Positions 16,877 to 25,085 of a stretch of DNA of 29,370 bases are shown in pieces. The DNA lies in assembly GCA_050293845.1 (NCBI GenBank), contig JBNKNM010000051.1, positions 1-29,370 of the forward strand, in the 5' to 3' direction. The stretch is from Pseudobacteriovorax sp. GTDB lineage: Bacteria > Bdellovibrionota_B > Oligoflexia > Oligoflexales > Oligoflexaceae. Made by a program: the position numbers and the translations under genes. The stretch's first letter is position 1. Every line of letters starts with the position of its first letter. The notes below the pieces were generated by a model, which saw only the letters and a list, made by a program, of their open reading frames with translations, was not told the DNA's origin and searched no databases.

Positions 16877-19800
16877 TCACTTATGAAAAGTAAAGCGAGG
16901 AATTTCTCGCTCTAGAGCTGGTGATAGATCTCCAGATCGACTGTTTCCAAAGAAAATAACCGATAGCTGAAGGATGTAATTTGCTTCTTTTTCATCATCC
17001 AGCAGGTCTTTTTCACGGATAAATCTCATGCCCCAACATCCGGAAGTATCACCATAAGAAAGATTTACAGAGGTTGCATATTGACTATCTCCATTTTCAA
17101 ATTCTTTACGAATCAAATTAATCCCTGTTGAGATATAGGGAATCAAACCCGTTGATAAGCTTAAATATGTCGTTTTAGTTTTACTGAAGGATAAAGCTCC
17201 TGTATTGCTATCAGGTTCAGGGCTCTTTTGGAATAAATATCGCACACCAATTCCCGTTTTCCAAAAAGTCGGCAGTTTGAGAATAAATGATATTGCTGTT
17301 GAGGCTCTTTTATATGTGTTATATGTCACAGTGGAAGAGAGGCGATAACCACCCCAATTCAAGCCGAGATTAAAATAAGGTCCACTCCACGACTCTGGTA
17401 GATTATGATAACTTACAATTTGCTTCCTAATGGCTGACGCTTCCGCTTCAGAGGCAGCCGTTGCCGCCTGACCTTCCAATAACTGGTTTTTTTGGATTGT
17501 TTCTTGACGCAACTTCTCTCTTTCAAAGTCAAATGTGGTAGACACATTAAGACTTATGGGCTCATAGTGATTACTATCTGAAAGTCGGTAGCGGTTGATG
17601 TACCAGTTTACGTTCCCAGATTCATCCTCTTCAAAAATTGGTACATCGCCTGATATGGGATGATCTAAACTATAGAGCAGCTCCCTTCGCGCTTGATCGT
17701 GAAGGCTTTCAATCTTTTCCTCTACCTGTATATCCTGAGGAATTTTTCCCACATCCAATCCCCAACCACGGTCAAAGGTCAGCCACCGATGAGAACTCGA
17801 AAAGGTCAACCTCTGGTGAGGAATCATCGTGTCTTCTGCAGACACATCGCGTCCGTCAGAAACGAGAGTCCTTCTATCTGTTGCAAAATATACCAACGAA
17901 GCTCCATTCGCGTTTTGGTTCGCGTAGGGTCCCCGTCGAGCAACTGACGGTCGCGCCGAATATGTTAGGGACCAGTTCATAATATGGTGAAGATACTTTT
18001 CTTGTTGGAAGTCTTCTTCATCCTGGAATAACTTGGGAAGTGGGGCCATTCCATCAATGGGTAAGTTAAGACTTAAGCCTGATCGCCATGAATTTATGCT
18101 TGAACGATCGTTTTCATCTAATCCCGGATGGGATATCTGTCTGAGTTCTATTTCGGAGAAATGATCGAGTCTTAAGATACCCTCTCTCACCACAGGAGAG
18201 ATCAAGGACGACTTCACTTGGCGCCACTCTCCAGCACCTAGTTGTTTAACTGTAGGGTTATTTTCTGCTTTGTTTTCTTGGAAAAGATATTGATTCACTT
18301 CGATATTACTATAAATAGGAGTATTCAGGTAGTTTTGCGGGTTAAGTGAAAACATTCTGGTTCGGAAGTTTACTTTACTGGCTATCTGCAAACCTTCAAA
18401 TTGCTTGCTCGAAACAGCGCTGTCTCCGTGGGATGTACCAATACCTAAAAAGTAGTCTGGGTTGTCATAATTAATCCTGAGCTTAGCTGTAGAATATGCG
18501 TTAGCCTGATTTTGTAGGGTAAATGCAGTTGTATAGTCTTCGGGTAAGTAAAGATCCTCTATATATCGGTGATCCGAGACTAAAGTACCCTTAGTCGCTA
18601 AAGATAAATGGGGAGTTAAAAAATATTTTCCCTCCCATTCTTTTTTTCCACGCCAAGAATTGTCCGGAGATTTCAGATAATCCAGAAGCTTCTCCTCACA
18701 AGCTGCTATATCTCCAGCGGTGGCTGTGTCGCCAAGTGTACGAGCACAATAGTTCACGTCTGCACTAGTATAATGCTCGCGCAGATGTTCGAGAGCCGCC
18801 CCCTGGAGTACCCAAGAACGATCGCGAATCGTTTCAAGCTTAAATTCAAAGCCGCTATGCTCTCTTGCCTCGTAACGTGCTTCCATTCCCAACCGTGTTC
18901 CTCTTTTTTGAAACAAATCCCAGGTTAAGGTAGCATCATAGTTATCAGCAAAGGCAAAAAAGACTGGCTGGGTATACACAAAACCATTCTTTTGGTCACC
19001 GCTTTGAAAGCCAGGCATGAGAAAACCAGACTGGCGTTTGCTCTTGAAAGGGACTCTCAAAAAAGGAATATATAATACAGGAACACCCTTGACCATGAGT
19101 ATAGGATGGGAAAGATCGATATAGCCTTCCTCCTGAGCCTTGATACGGTCAGCACGAAAACTCCATGCTGGTTCTTCGTCATCTGCACACCTACAGGGAG
19201 TCCATATGGCATCATAGGCATAGTAATCATACTCATTGACCTTCTCTAAGGTACTCCCTGAAAGGCGTAGGAAATAGTTCTTTTTTAAAGCGGGAACTCC
19301 GCTCTCTTGTCTAGATTCCTGCCAATAATGCCGGCGTTTTCGCAGACGATTACGCGCTTCTTCACCCTTTGCAGCTAAGTGAGGACTCTCATACTTTTTA
19401 ATAAGTCCTTGCTGTTCCAGTAGCAGTGCATAGAGGTCAACCTGCTGATCGCTCAGCTCCTTTCCCTCAATAGCGTTTTTAACCACGGTCATGCGTAGAT
19501 TTAGTTTCTTTCGCTCCACTTCAGCAAGTCTGCTGGACTTTGCACTTTCAAAAACTAGTTCTTCTTGACTCATTCCTAGGATATCAGCTACAACCTGTTG
19601 CACCCTATTAGGATCATTCGCTATCATAACTGCATCTTGAACCTTAAATTCACCGGTCTCATATTGGAGAGTAAATGTAGTTCCCAGGAAAAGTTGGTTG
19701 GCACTTAAAAAAATCACATGGCCGGATGCACTAAGCTCCTGTTTCTTAGAATCGAAGGTAATAACATCCGCAGTAAGGATAGAAGCACCTCCAATGAGGA

Positions 19801-20068
19801 CAACATCTCCTTTAAATAAACCTTTCGTAGCATCTTTATCAAACCCAAAAGATTCGGCATCGTAGAGAAACTTGCTTCCTAAATCTAATAAAGGGGCATC
19901 TTCATCTACTGCCGGACCTTCTTTGGTAATTTGGGGTATAAAGTCGGTGGCTCCCAAGTCGATCGGAACTCTTGGGTTTTGGCTATCGCTACCGTACCCC
20001 CATTGTCCACTGACCACGAAGAATATCATTATAAGTAAATTGCAGAGGATCTTTCTCAATGGACTCAA
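16877..20068 (-). CDS. lptD: LPS-assembly protein LptD, unusually long (~1060 aa)
   Basis: OstA-like beta-jellyroll (ILTADVITFD...LSASGHVIF), WTPC..PAWSFRADRI, KGVPVLYIPFL, KRQSGFLMP, YTQPVFFAFADNYDATL, KRG.RLGMEARY, VSDHRYIEDL and a C-terminal SGCWG. The start is uncertain: TTG 20068 or TTG 20059 give a plausible signal peptide, whereas the track uses 20125. Confidence 0.85.
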   Translation of the reverse strand: MSPLRKILCNLLIMIFFVVSGQWGYGSDSQNPRVPIDLGATDFIPQITKEGPAVDEDAPLLDLGSKFLYDAESFGFDKDATKGLFKGDVVLIGGASILTADVITFDSKKQELSASGHVIFLSANQLFLGTTFTLQYETGEFKVQDAVMIANDPNRVQQVVADILGMSQEELVFESAKSSRLAEVERKKLNLRMTVVKNAIEGKELSDQQVDLYALLLEQQGLIKKYESPHLAAKGEEARNRLRKRRHYWQESRQESGVPALKKNYFLRLSGSTLEKVNEYDYYAYDAIWTPCRCADDEEPAWSFRADRIKAQEEGYIDLSHPILMVKGVPVLYIPFLRVPFKSKRQSGFLMPGFQSGDQKNGFVYTQPVFFAFADNYDATLTWDLFQKRGTRLGMEARYEAREHSGFEFKLETIRDRSWVLQGAALEHLREHYTSADVNYCARTLGDTATAGDIAACEEKLLDYLKSPDNSWRGKKEWEGKYFLTPHLSLATKGTLVSDHRYIEDLYLPEDYTTAFTLQNQANAYSTAKLRINYDNPDYFLGIGTSHGDSAVSSKQFEGLQIASKVNFRTRMFSLNPQNYLNTPIYSNIEVNQYLFQENKAENNPTVKQLGAGEWRQVKSSLISPVVREGILRLDHFSEIELRQISHPGLDENDRSSINSWRSGLSLNLPIDGMAPLPKLFQDEEDFQQEKYLHHIMNWSLTYSARPSVARRGPYANQNANGASLVYFATDRRTLVSDGRDVSAEDTMIPHQRLTFSSSHRWLTFDRGWGLDVGKIPQDIQVEEKIESLHDQARRELLYSLDHPISGDVPIFEEDESGNVNWYINRYRLSDSNHYEPISLNVSTTFDFEREKLRQETIQKNQLLEGQAATAASEAEASAIRKQIVSYHNLPESWSGPYFNLGLNWGGYRLSSTVTYNTYKRASTAISFILKLPTFWKTGIGVRYLFQKSPEPDSNTGALSFSKTKTTYLSLSTGLIPYISTGINLIRKEFENGDSQYATSVNLSYGDTSGCWGMRFIREKDLLDDEKEANYILQLSVIFFGNSRSGDLSPALEREIPRFTFHK

Positions 20069-21338
20069 ATACCTTTCCAACAGCAAGTACCGACCCGCAA
20101 ATGACCCAAGGTTGCGGTAAATCAAGCCACATTGACTTCCCTAAATCAAAGGCAGCCGCAAAGTTCTTAGCATACTTAATATGCTGATGTCGTCTATCAA
20201 GATTTTTAGGTTCTACGGCTCTTTCTGAGTCGATACCAAAAAAGATCATATCGGTAAAAAAGTTTTGCATCATATCGAGCATGGTTCCATAGTCTTTATC
20301 GTTAAGGATAGAGACTAAAGCCACGGGCTGAAGATTAAAGCTACGAAGATTAGCAATAAAATGAGCCAGCCCGTCCGGATTGTGGCAAACATCAACAATA
20401 ACTTTAACATCATGGATATAAATTCTCTGGAAACGGCCTACTAATGCCGGTGCATTAGCTGGATTGGCTGGCAAATCAGCCAGCACATCATGCAATTTTG
20501 ACATTTCATAGTGAGATTTCTGAATGTCGTGATAAACCTGACAGGCCAAAGCAAAATTTTTCTGAATGTAGTCTGGTGAAGACAGAAACAAGTCAGGAAG
20601 ACAACACCTTAGCTGATCTGTTAACTGCAAGCCAAAACCATTAAGAGCAAAGTCATCACCATATATGGTCAAGGGTATCTTTTCCTTATGGCAAAATTCA
20701 TTCATGTATGGGGAGCACGAAGGCTCCTTCACGATTTCACCTCCGTTACCCCAGTATAGGGGCACTCCCTGTCGGCAAATACCTAGCTTTTCTTGTAAAA
20801 TCCCCAGCAAATCGTGGCCTAAATAAGTCTCGTGATCACGGGAGATGGATGTGATAATAGTAATATTGGGGTCGAGGGCATTCGTAGAATCTAAGCGCCC
20901 TCCTAGACCCACCTCATAAATTCTGATGTAAACATTATGGGCTGAAAACAGCCGGTAGGCAATTAACGTGGAAAGTTCAAAAAAAGATAGCTCCTCATAT
21001 AAAGAACCTAACTGAAATTTTAACTTTTCCCAAATATCGATAATATCCTGATCTTGAGTGGATTGTCCGGAGATAGAAAAACGCTCTCGATAAGAAACTA
21101 AGTGGGGAGAGGTAAATAATCCTACTTTCTTATTTCCTTTTAAACCTGACCTCAGGAGAGCCCATAACAGACTGCTGGTACCGCCCTTACCATTGGTTCC
21201 CCCAACAAGTATAGTGTAACCCTGATCGTCCCAGACAGGGTCCTTAATTTTATCTAGAGCCCTTTTCATGCGCTCCAAGCCAGGTTTTACCGTACCAACC
21301 CTTTTTTGAAAGAGTTCTTCAAAAATTGATTGTTTCAT
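19989..21338 (-). CDS. folC: Folylpolyglutamate synthase/dihydrofolate synthase
   Basis: KPGLERM, VGGTNGKG, GLFTSPHLVSYRERF, SFFELST, EVGLGGRLDSTN, SISRDHETYLG, EKLGI, GRFQ, DVCHNPDG, DKD, ICGSVLAVG; AGAGGT SD. Confidence 0.95.
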   Translation of the reverse strand: MKQSIFEELFQKRVGTVKPGLERMKRALDKIKDPVWDDQGYTILVGGTNGKGGTSSLLWALLRSGLKGNKKVGLFTSPHLVSYRERFSISGQSTQDQDIIDIWEKLKFQLGSLYEELSFFELSTLIAYRLFSAHNVYIRIYEVGLGGRLDSTNALDPNITIITSISRDHETYLGHDLLGILQEKLGICRQGVPLYWGNGGEIVKEPSCSPYMNEFCHKEKIPLTIYGDDFALNGFGLQLTDQLRCCLPDLFLSSPDYIQKNFALACQVYHDIQKSHYEMSKLHDVLADLPANPANAPALVGRFQRIYIHDVKVIVDVCHNPDGLAHFIANLRSFNLQPVALVSILNDKDYGTMLDMMQNFFTDMIFFGIDSERAVEPKNLDRRHQHIKYAKNFAAAFDLGKSMWLDLPQPWVICGSVLAVGKVFESIEKDPLQFTYNDILRGQWTMGVR

Positions 21339-21623
21339 ACTACCTCTCTACCCGATCACAGCAGACAATCCTAAAAAAATTTACCGCACTCCCATAAAAT
21401 ACTAGTCAGTTAAGAGTCTGAAACTTTGGAGAAAGCCTTGTATATTTAATAACTTAATAAAAGAATTTTCTTAAACCTTCTAAGTATTTCCCATTGAAAC
21501 CGGTCAAAGCTTCCCATAAGATTAGCTTAACTCCAAAGAATAAAACTTAACATGGCGCCACCATTATTATGATTAAAATCAGCGGCGCAAGGGATTTTCT
21601 TTACCAATAGAAAGGTTCTAAGA

Positions 21624-21986
21624 ATGCTCTGTAAACGTTGTCCACACCTTGTCCGTCACGGCCAGTTAGCCAAAGATCAAAAAACAATCGAATTTAAATC
21701 CTTATGTGGCCTAGTGATGAAACAAAGCTTAGCTGATGAAAACGGAGGGATGGACGCCGGAAGAAAACCAGCGAGAAAGCCAGTTAAGCAAGAGGTCAAG
21801 AAGGAAATAAAAGAACAGCCTTGCCTCCATCATCCTTTCCCTAAAGTTTTCGACTATATTGAATGTCAAATCTATCAAGGAACTTTTAAGTCTTCAGCCC
21901 GCACAAACGATGTTATACCTACAAAAGACTTTCAGTACTCCGATGCACTGTCCGGCAATTCGATTACTGACATGGAACTGCTCTAA
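21624..21986 (+). CDS. Hypothetical small Cys/His-containing protein, possible metal-binding
   Basis: ATG with AAAGGT SD and a downstream terminator; C3-x2-C6, H8, H12, C28, C67-x-H69-H70, C81, with a Lys-rich linker. Confidence 0.7.
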   Translation: MLCKRCPHLVRHGQLAKDQKTIEFKSLCGLVMKQSLADENGGMDAGRKPARKPVKQEVKKEIKEQPCLHHPFPKVFDYIECQIYQGTFKSSARTNDVIPTKDFQYSDALSGNSITDMELL

Positions 21987-22019
21987 AAACCACATTTACC
22001 TTATAAGATTACACCTCGT

Positions 22020-22057
22020 AAAAATCCCGAAGCAAAAGTTCTGCTTCGGGATTTTTT
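22020..22057. terminator. Bidirectional intrinsic terminator between the 120-aa gene and secDF
   Basis: AAAAATCCCGAAGCA-AAAGTTC-TGCTTCGGGATTTTTT: perfect stem with an A-run on the left and a T-run on the right, lying between convergent genes. Confidence 0.9.
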
Positions 22058-22059
22058 CT

Positions 22060-24756
22060 CTACGAAGATACTGCTTTGCCAACGCGCTGCTTTCGCCAGC
22101 GTTCTGACCACAGTATAAAGGAAGTTGCAATAAAAGTAGACGATAGGGTTGCTGCCAAGACCCCTATGGACATCGCGGCGGCAAAATTCCAAATCTGGGC
22201 AGTGCCAAACCATAGAATACCGAACAGGGCGATGATTGTTGTTACAGAAGTATTAATGGTTCTTGATAGGGTTTCGTTAAGAGCAAAATTAATATTTTCT
22301 TTTAGAGATCTTCGTGGGTTCAAAGATAGATTCTCACGAATCCTGTCGTAAATAACAATAGTGTCATTCACCGAATAACCCACAACTGTTAGCAGTGCAG
22401 CAACGGAAGTGAGGTCGAATGATCTTTGGAAAAAGATATAGAAACCGAGAATAACAAAAACATCTTGAATCATTTTATATACAGCCCCCGGCCCAAATCG
22501 CATATCGAAGCGAATCCCAATATAGACCAGAACTCCTAGTATGGCGAAGAAAACCGAGAGAACTCCTTGCTTGCGCAACTCTTTACCAATAACGGGACCG
22601 ACAAAATCAACTCGTTGCAAGTCGGGGCCATAGGCACTCAGCTCCTGGATCAAATTCGTCCGCAAGTCCTGAAGGGCTTCAGCAGCTTGCAAAGTGTCCT
22701 TATCCGACTGGCTTTCAAAGCGCACTAAAAAATGATTTTTTTCGGTACCGATTTCCTGAAGAATGGGTGATTTCACTCCAGTGTTATCAAGGGCCGTGCG
22801 GATAGTGTCCGGCTCAATTTTCTTGTCAAAAAGAATTTCCAGCTCGGTGCCACCAGCAAAATCAACTGACCAGTTGAAGCCTTTCGTTCCCCCCACGACA
22901 AAAACCATAACGATGATGGCCACACCTGCCACAGAGGCTAGTTTTCCAAATTTGAGGAAATTGAAAGAGTAGGCTTTATATTCGCCTTTACCACCGCCTA
23001 ACCATGCCCGAACCTTAGTGTCTGTTAGGTTACGAGATAGAGCTGCTTCAAAAAGAACCTTGGTCACATAAAGGGCTGTGAACATTGAAACCAAAAGACC
23101 AATAATTAACGATACAGAAAAACCTTTGATCGGCCCAGAAGAGTTAAACTCTAAGAGTACAAAAGCAGCGATCAAGGTCGTCACATTTGCATCAATAATG
23201 GTCCAAAATACTTTCTTAAAGCCATTTTCCACAGATTTTAATGCCACGCGCCCCTCACGGAGTTCTTGGCGAATACGTTCGTTAATCAAAACATTGGCAT
23301 CAACGGCCATACCGAGGGTTAAAATAAATCCAGCAAAGCCAGGAAGCGTCAGGGCAAAGCCAAAGCTTGCCATCAACGCCAGCAGAAAGATCGCATTCAA
23401 TCCTAAGGCACAGGCGGATATTATCCCAGGCCTTCGGTAGTAGACGACCATATAGACTAAAACGAAGACAAGACCGACCATGACCGACAGTACACCTTGG
23501 TTAGCAAGCTCAGGACCTAAGGTGGCCCCTACCTGGCGTTCCTCAAGAATAGTTATCGGCGCCGGCAACGCTCCTGATCTAAGAATAAGAGAGAGCTGAT
23601 TTGCCTCCTCTTGCACCTCTTGGCGGCTCTTATCGGAGCCGAGAGTAATTTGAGCAACACCACCACTAATACGCACTTGAATCACAGGGTCCGAGACAAT
23701 AATATCGTCCAAAACAATAGCCATTCTGGTACCAATATTAGCTCCCGTGATATCAGCGAAACGCTTTCCACCTACCGCGGTAAATTTCAGTGATACAGCC
23801 GGCCTTTGATCTAAGGAGTTAGGATCGTACATCACATTAGCATCAAGGACATCTTCACCGCTAAGTTCCGTAGCTGCCTTCACGACGTGGGCTGTATACT
23901 TAAATTTTTTCCCTCCAGCAATCTGGCTTTCTTCAAACAAAAGCTCACGGCCTTCGGGTATCAACCCCTTGGTTAGGTCTAAAATAGCCTGCTTATTCTC
24001 CGATACCAGAGCCACAACCTTATTATTCCCCCTCCGCTCTACGGTGATATCAGGAGGAAGGTTAGCAATAAGGCTTTCAAATCCTTTAAAGTCTTCATCC
24101 AGCATCTTGAATTTGAGCTGCGCAGTGCGCCCTAATAGCTCTCTCGCCTTCGAAGGGTCCTTAAAGCCTGGTAGTTGCACCAAAATAGAACCATCGGCGC
24201 GTCGATTGATGGAAGGTTCCGATACCCCCCACTTATCGATCCGGTTACGCACAACGCGCTGCGCCTGTTCCAATGCCGCCTTACGAATCCGATTCAGCTG
24301 GCTGTCGGAATATTTAAAGTCAATTTGCTGCCCCTCGCGCTTAACCGACTCCAAGCCATCAAACTCTTTGTAGAATTCACCCTTGAAATCTGCCGGGTCT
24401 ATGCCATCTTCGAGAATCACATGAAGGGTTTGCTTACCTTTAATCGCATAAGCCTCTTTGACTTTTTTCGTTTCTTCGTTAGCCCAGCGGGCGACTTCTG
24501 TTCCAACCCTGCCAAGCTTGTTATCAATGGCCACTTGCGTATCAACGCCCAGGACCAATTGCACCCCTCCCTGAAGGTCGAGGCCAAGCTTTATATGTTT
24601 ACGCGGGAGCCATGACGGCAGGCCTTTTTCCATTTCCGCGGGATCATTACGTATTTCTTTCTCAAGGGAGAAGTAGTAAAGGGTGGGAGAAATATAATAT
24701 ATAGCTCCCAATGTCAGCGCGACTATAAACGCCACACGTGTGCGAACAGATTTCAT
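22060..24756 (-). CDS. secDF: Fused protein translocase subunit SecDF
   Basis: SecD motifs KLGLDLQGG, RIDKWGVSEP, ILVQLPG, LRSGALPAP, VGATLG, GMAVDANVLINERIRQE, TIIDANVTT, GPIKGF; SecF motifs VDFAGGT, VGPVIGKEL, GYSVNDTIVIYDRIRE, TLSRTINTS. Start revised to ATG 24756, behind GGAGTG. Confidence 0.95.
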   Translation of the reverse strand: MKSVRTRVAFIVALTLGAIYYISPTLYYFSLEKEIRNDPAEMEKGLPSWLPRKHIKLGLDLQGGVQLVLGVDTQVAIDNKLGRVGTEVARWANEETKKVKEAYAIKGKQTLHVILEDGIDPADFKGEFYKEFDGLESVKREGQQIDFKYSDSQLNRIRKAALEQAQRVVRNRIDKWGVSEPSINRRADGSILVQLPGFKDPSKARELLGRTAQLKFKMLDEDFKGFESLIANLPPDITVERRGNNKVVALVSENKQAILDLTKGLIPEGRELLFEESQIAGGKKFKYTAHVVKAATELSGEDVLDANVMYDPNSLDQRPAVSLKFTAVGGKRFADITGANIGTRMAIVLDDIIVSDPVIQVRISGGVAQITLGSDKSRQEVQEEANQLSLILRSGALPAPITILEERQVGATLGPELANQGVLSVMVGLVFVLVYMVVYYRRPGIISACALGLNAIFLLALMASFGFALTLPGFAGFILTLGMAVDANVLINERIRQELREGRVALKSVENGFKKVFWTIIDANVTTLIAAFVLLEFNSSGPIKGFSVSLIIGLLVSMFTALYVTKVLFEAALSRNLTDTKVRAWLGGGKGEYKAYSFNFLKFGKLASVAGVAIIVMVFVVGGTKGFNWSVDFAGGTELEILFDKKIEPDTIRTALDNTGVKSPILQEIGTEKNHFLVRFESQSDKDTLQAAEALQDLRTNLIQELSAYGPDLQRVDFVGPVIGKELRKQGVLSVFFAILGVLVYIGIRFDMRFGPGAVYKMIQDVFVILGFYIFFQRSFDLTSVAALLTVVGYSVNDTIVIYDRIRENLSLNPRRSLKENINFALNETLSRTINTSVTTIIALFGILWFGTAQIWNFAAAMSIGVLAATLSSTFIATSFILWSERWRKQRVGKAVSS

Positions 24757-24953
24757 TATGGAATCACTCCAATATTTCAACGATTAAACTCGGTCATCGC
24801 AATAGGATGATCGTTACAGATACCTCGACTAAACAGAACTTTCAGCATTTTTTTGTGATACTACATTAAGTCATACCTCAGACTTACCATTATGGCGTAA
24901 ATATCAGGATCTATTCAAAAGACTCTCATCTGTATCCAAAAGATGACATCTGT

Positions 24954-24978
24954 GTTTATCCCCAAACTGGGGATAAAC
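24954..24978. promoter_or_regulatory. Perfect 11-bp inverted repeat in the divergent secDF/lipoprotein intergenic region (candidate protein-binding site)
   Basis: GTTTATCCCCA-AAC-TGGGGATAAAC, flanked by two smaller palindromes at 24926-24946 and 24979-24993. Confidence 0.45.
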
Positions 24979-25031
24979 GCAAAAGTATTTTGCAAATCCT
25001 TAACCGGTACAGCTTTGAATAGTGTGATACA

Positions 25032-25047
25032 TGGCACAGTCCTAGCT
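25032..25047 (+). promoter_or_regulatory. Candidate sigma54 (-24/-12) promoter of the 25086 lipoprotein gene
   Basis: TGGCACAGTCCTAGCT: TGGCAC plus exact GG-N10-GC spacing, with TAGC in place of consensus TTGC; it ends 38 nt before the ATG. Confidence 0.55.
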
Positions 25048-25085
25048 AAAGGGAAGATACACATCTAACGACGGAGGGATCTACT

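Noticed and set aside
19280..19618. Intein or mobile insertion within lptD
   Set aside because: No N-terminal Cys/Ser plus C-terminal His-Asn junction, no endonuclease motif and no flanking repeats seen.
14185..24615. Plus-strand ORFs nested in the AsmA gene, lptD and secDF
   Set aside because: Antisense shadows with no recognisable motifs or SD; only 21624..21986 is accepted in this span.
24954..24978. Both arms of the palindrome (GTTTATCCCC / GGGGATAAAC) resemble the end of type I-E CRISPR repeats
   Set aside because: It is a single copy, with no spaced repeats and no cas genes in the window; kept only as a regulatory palindrome.
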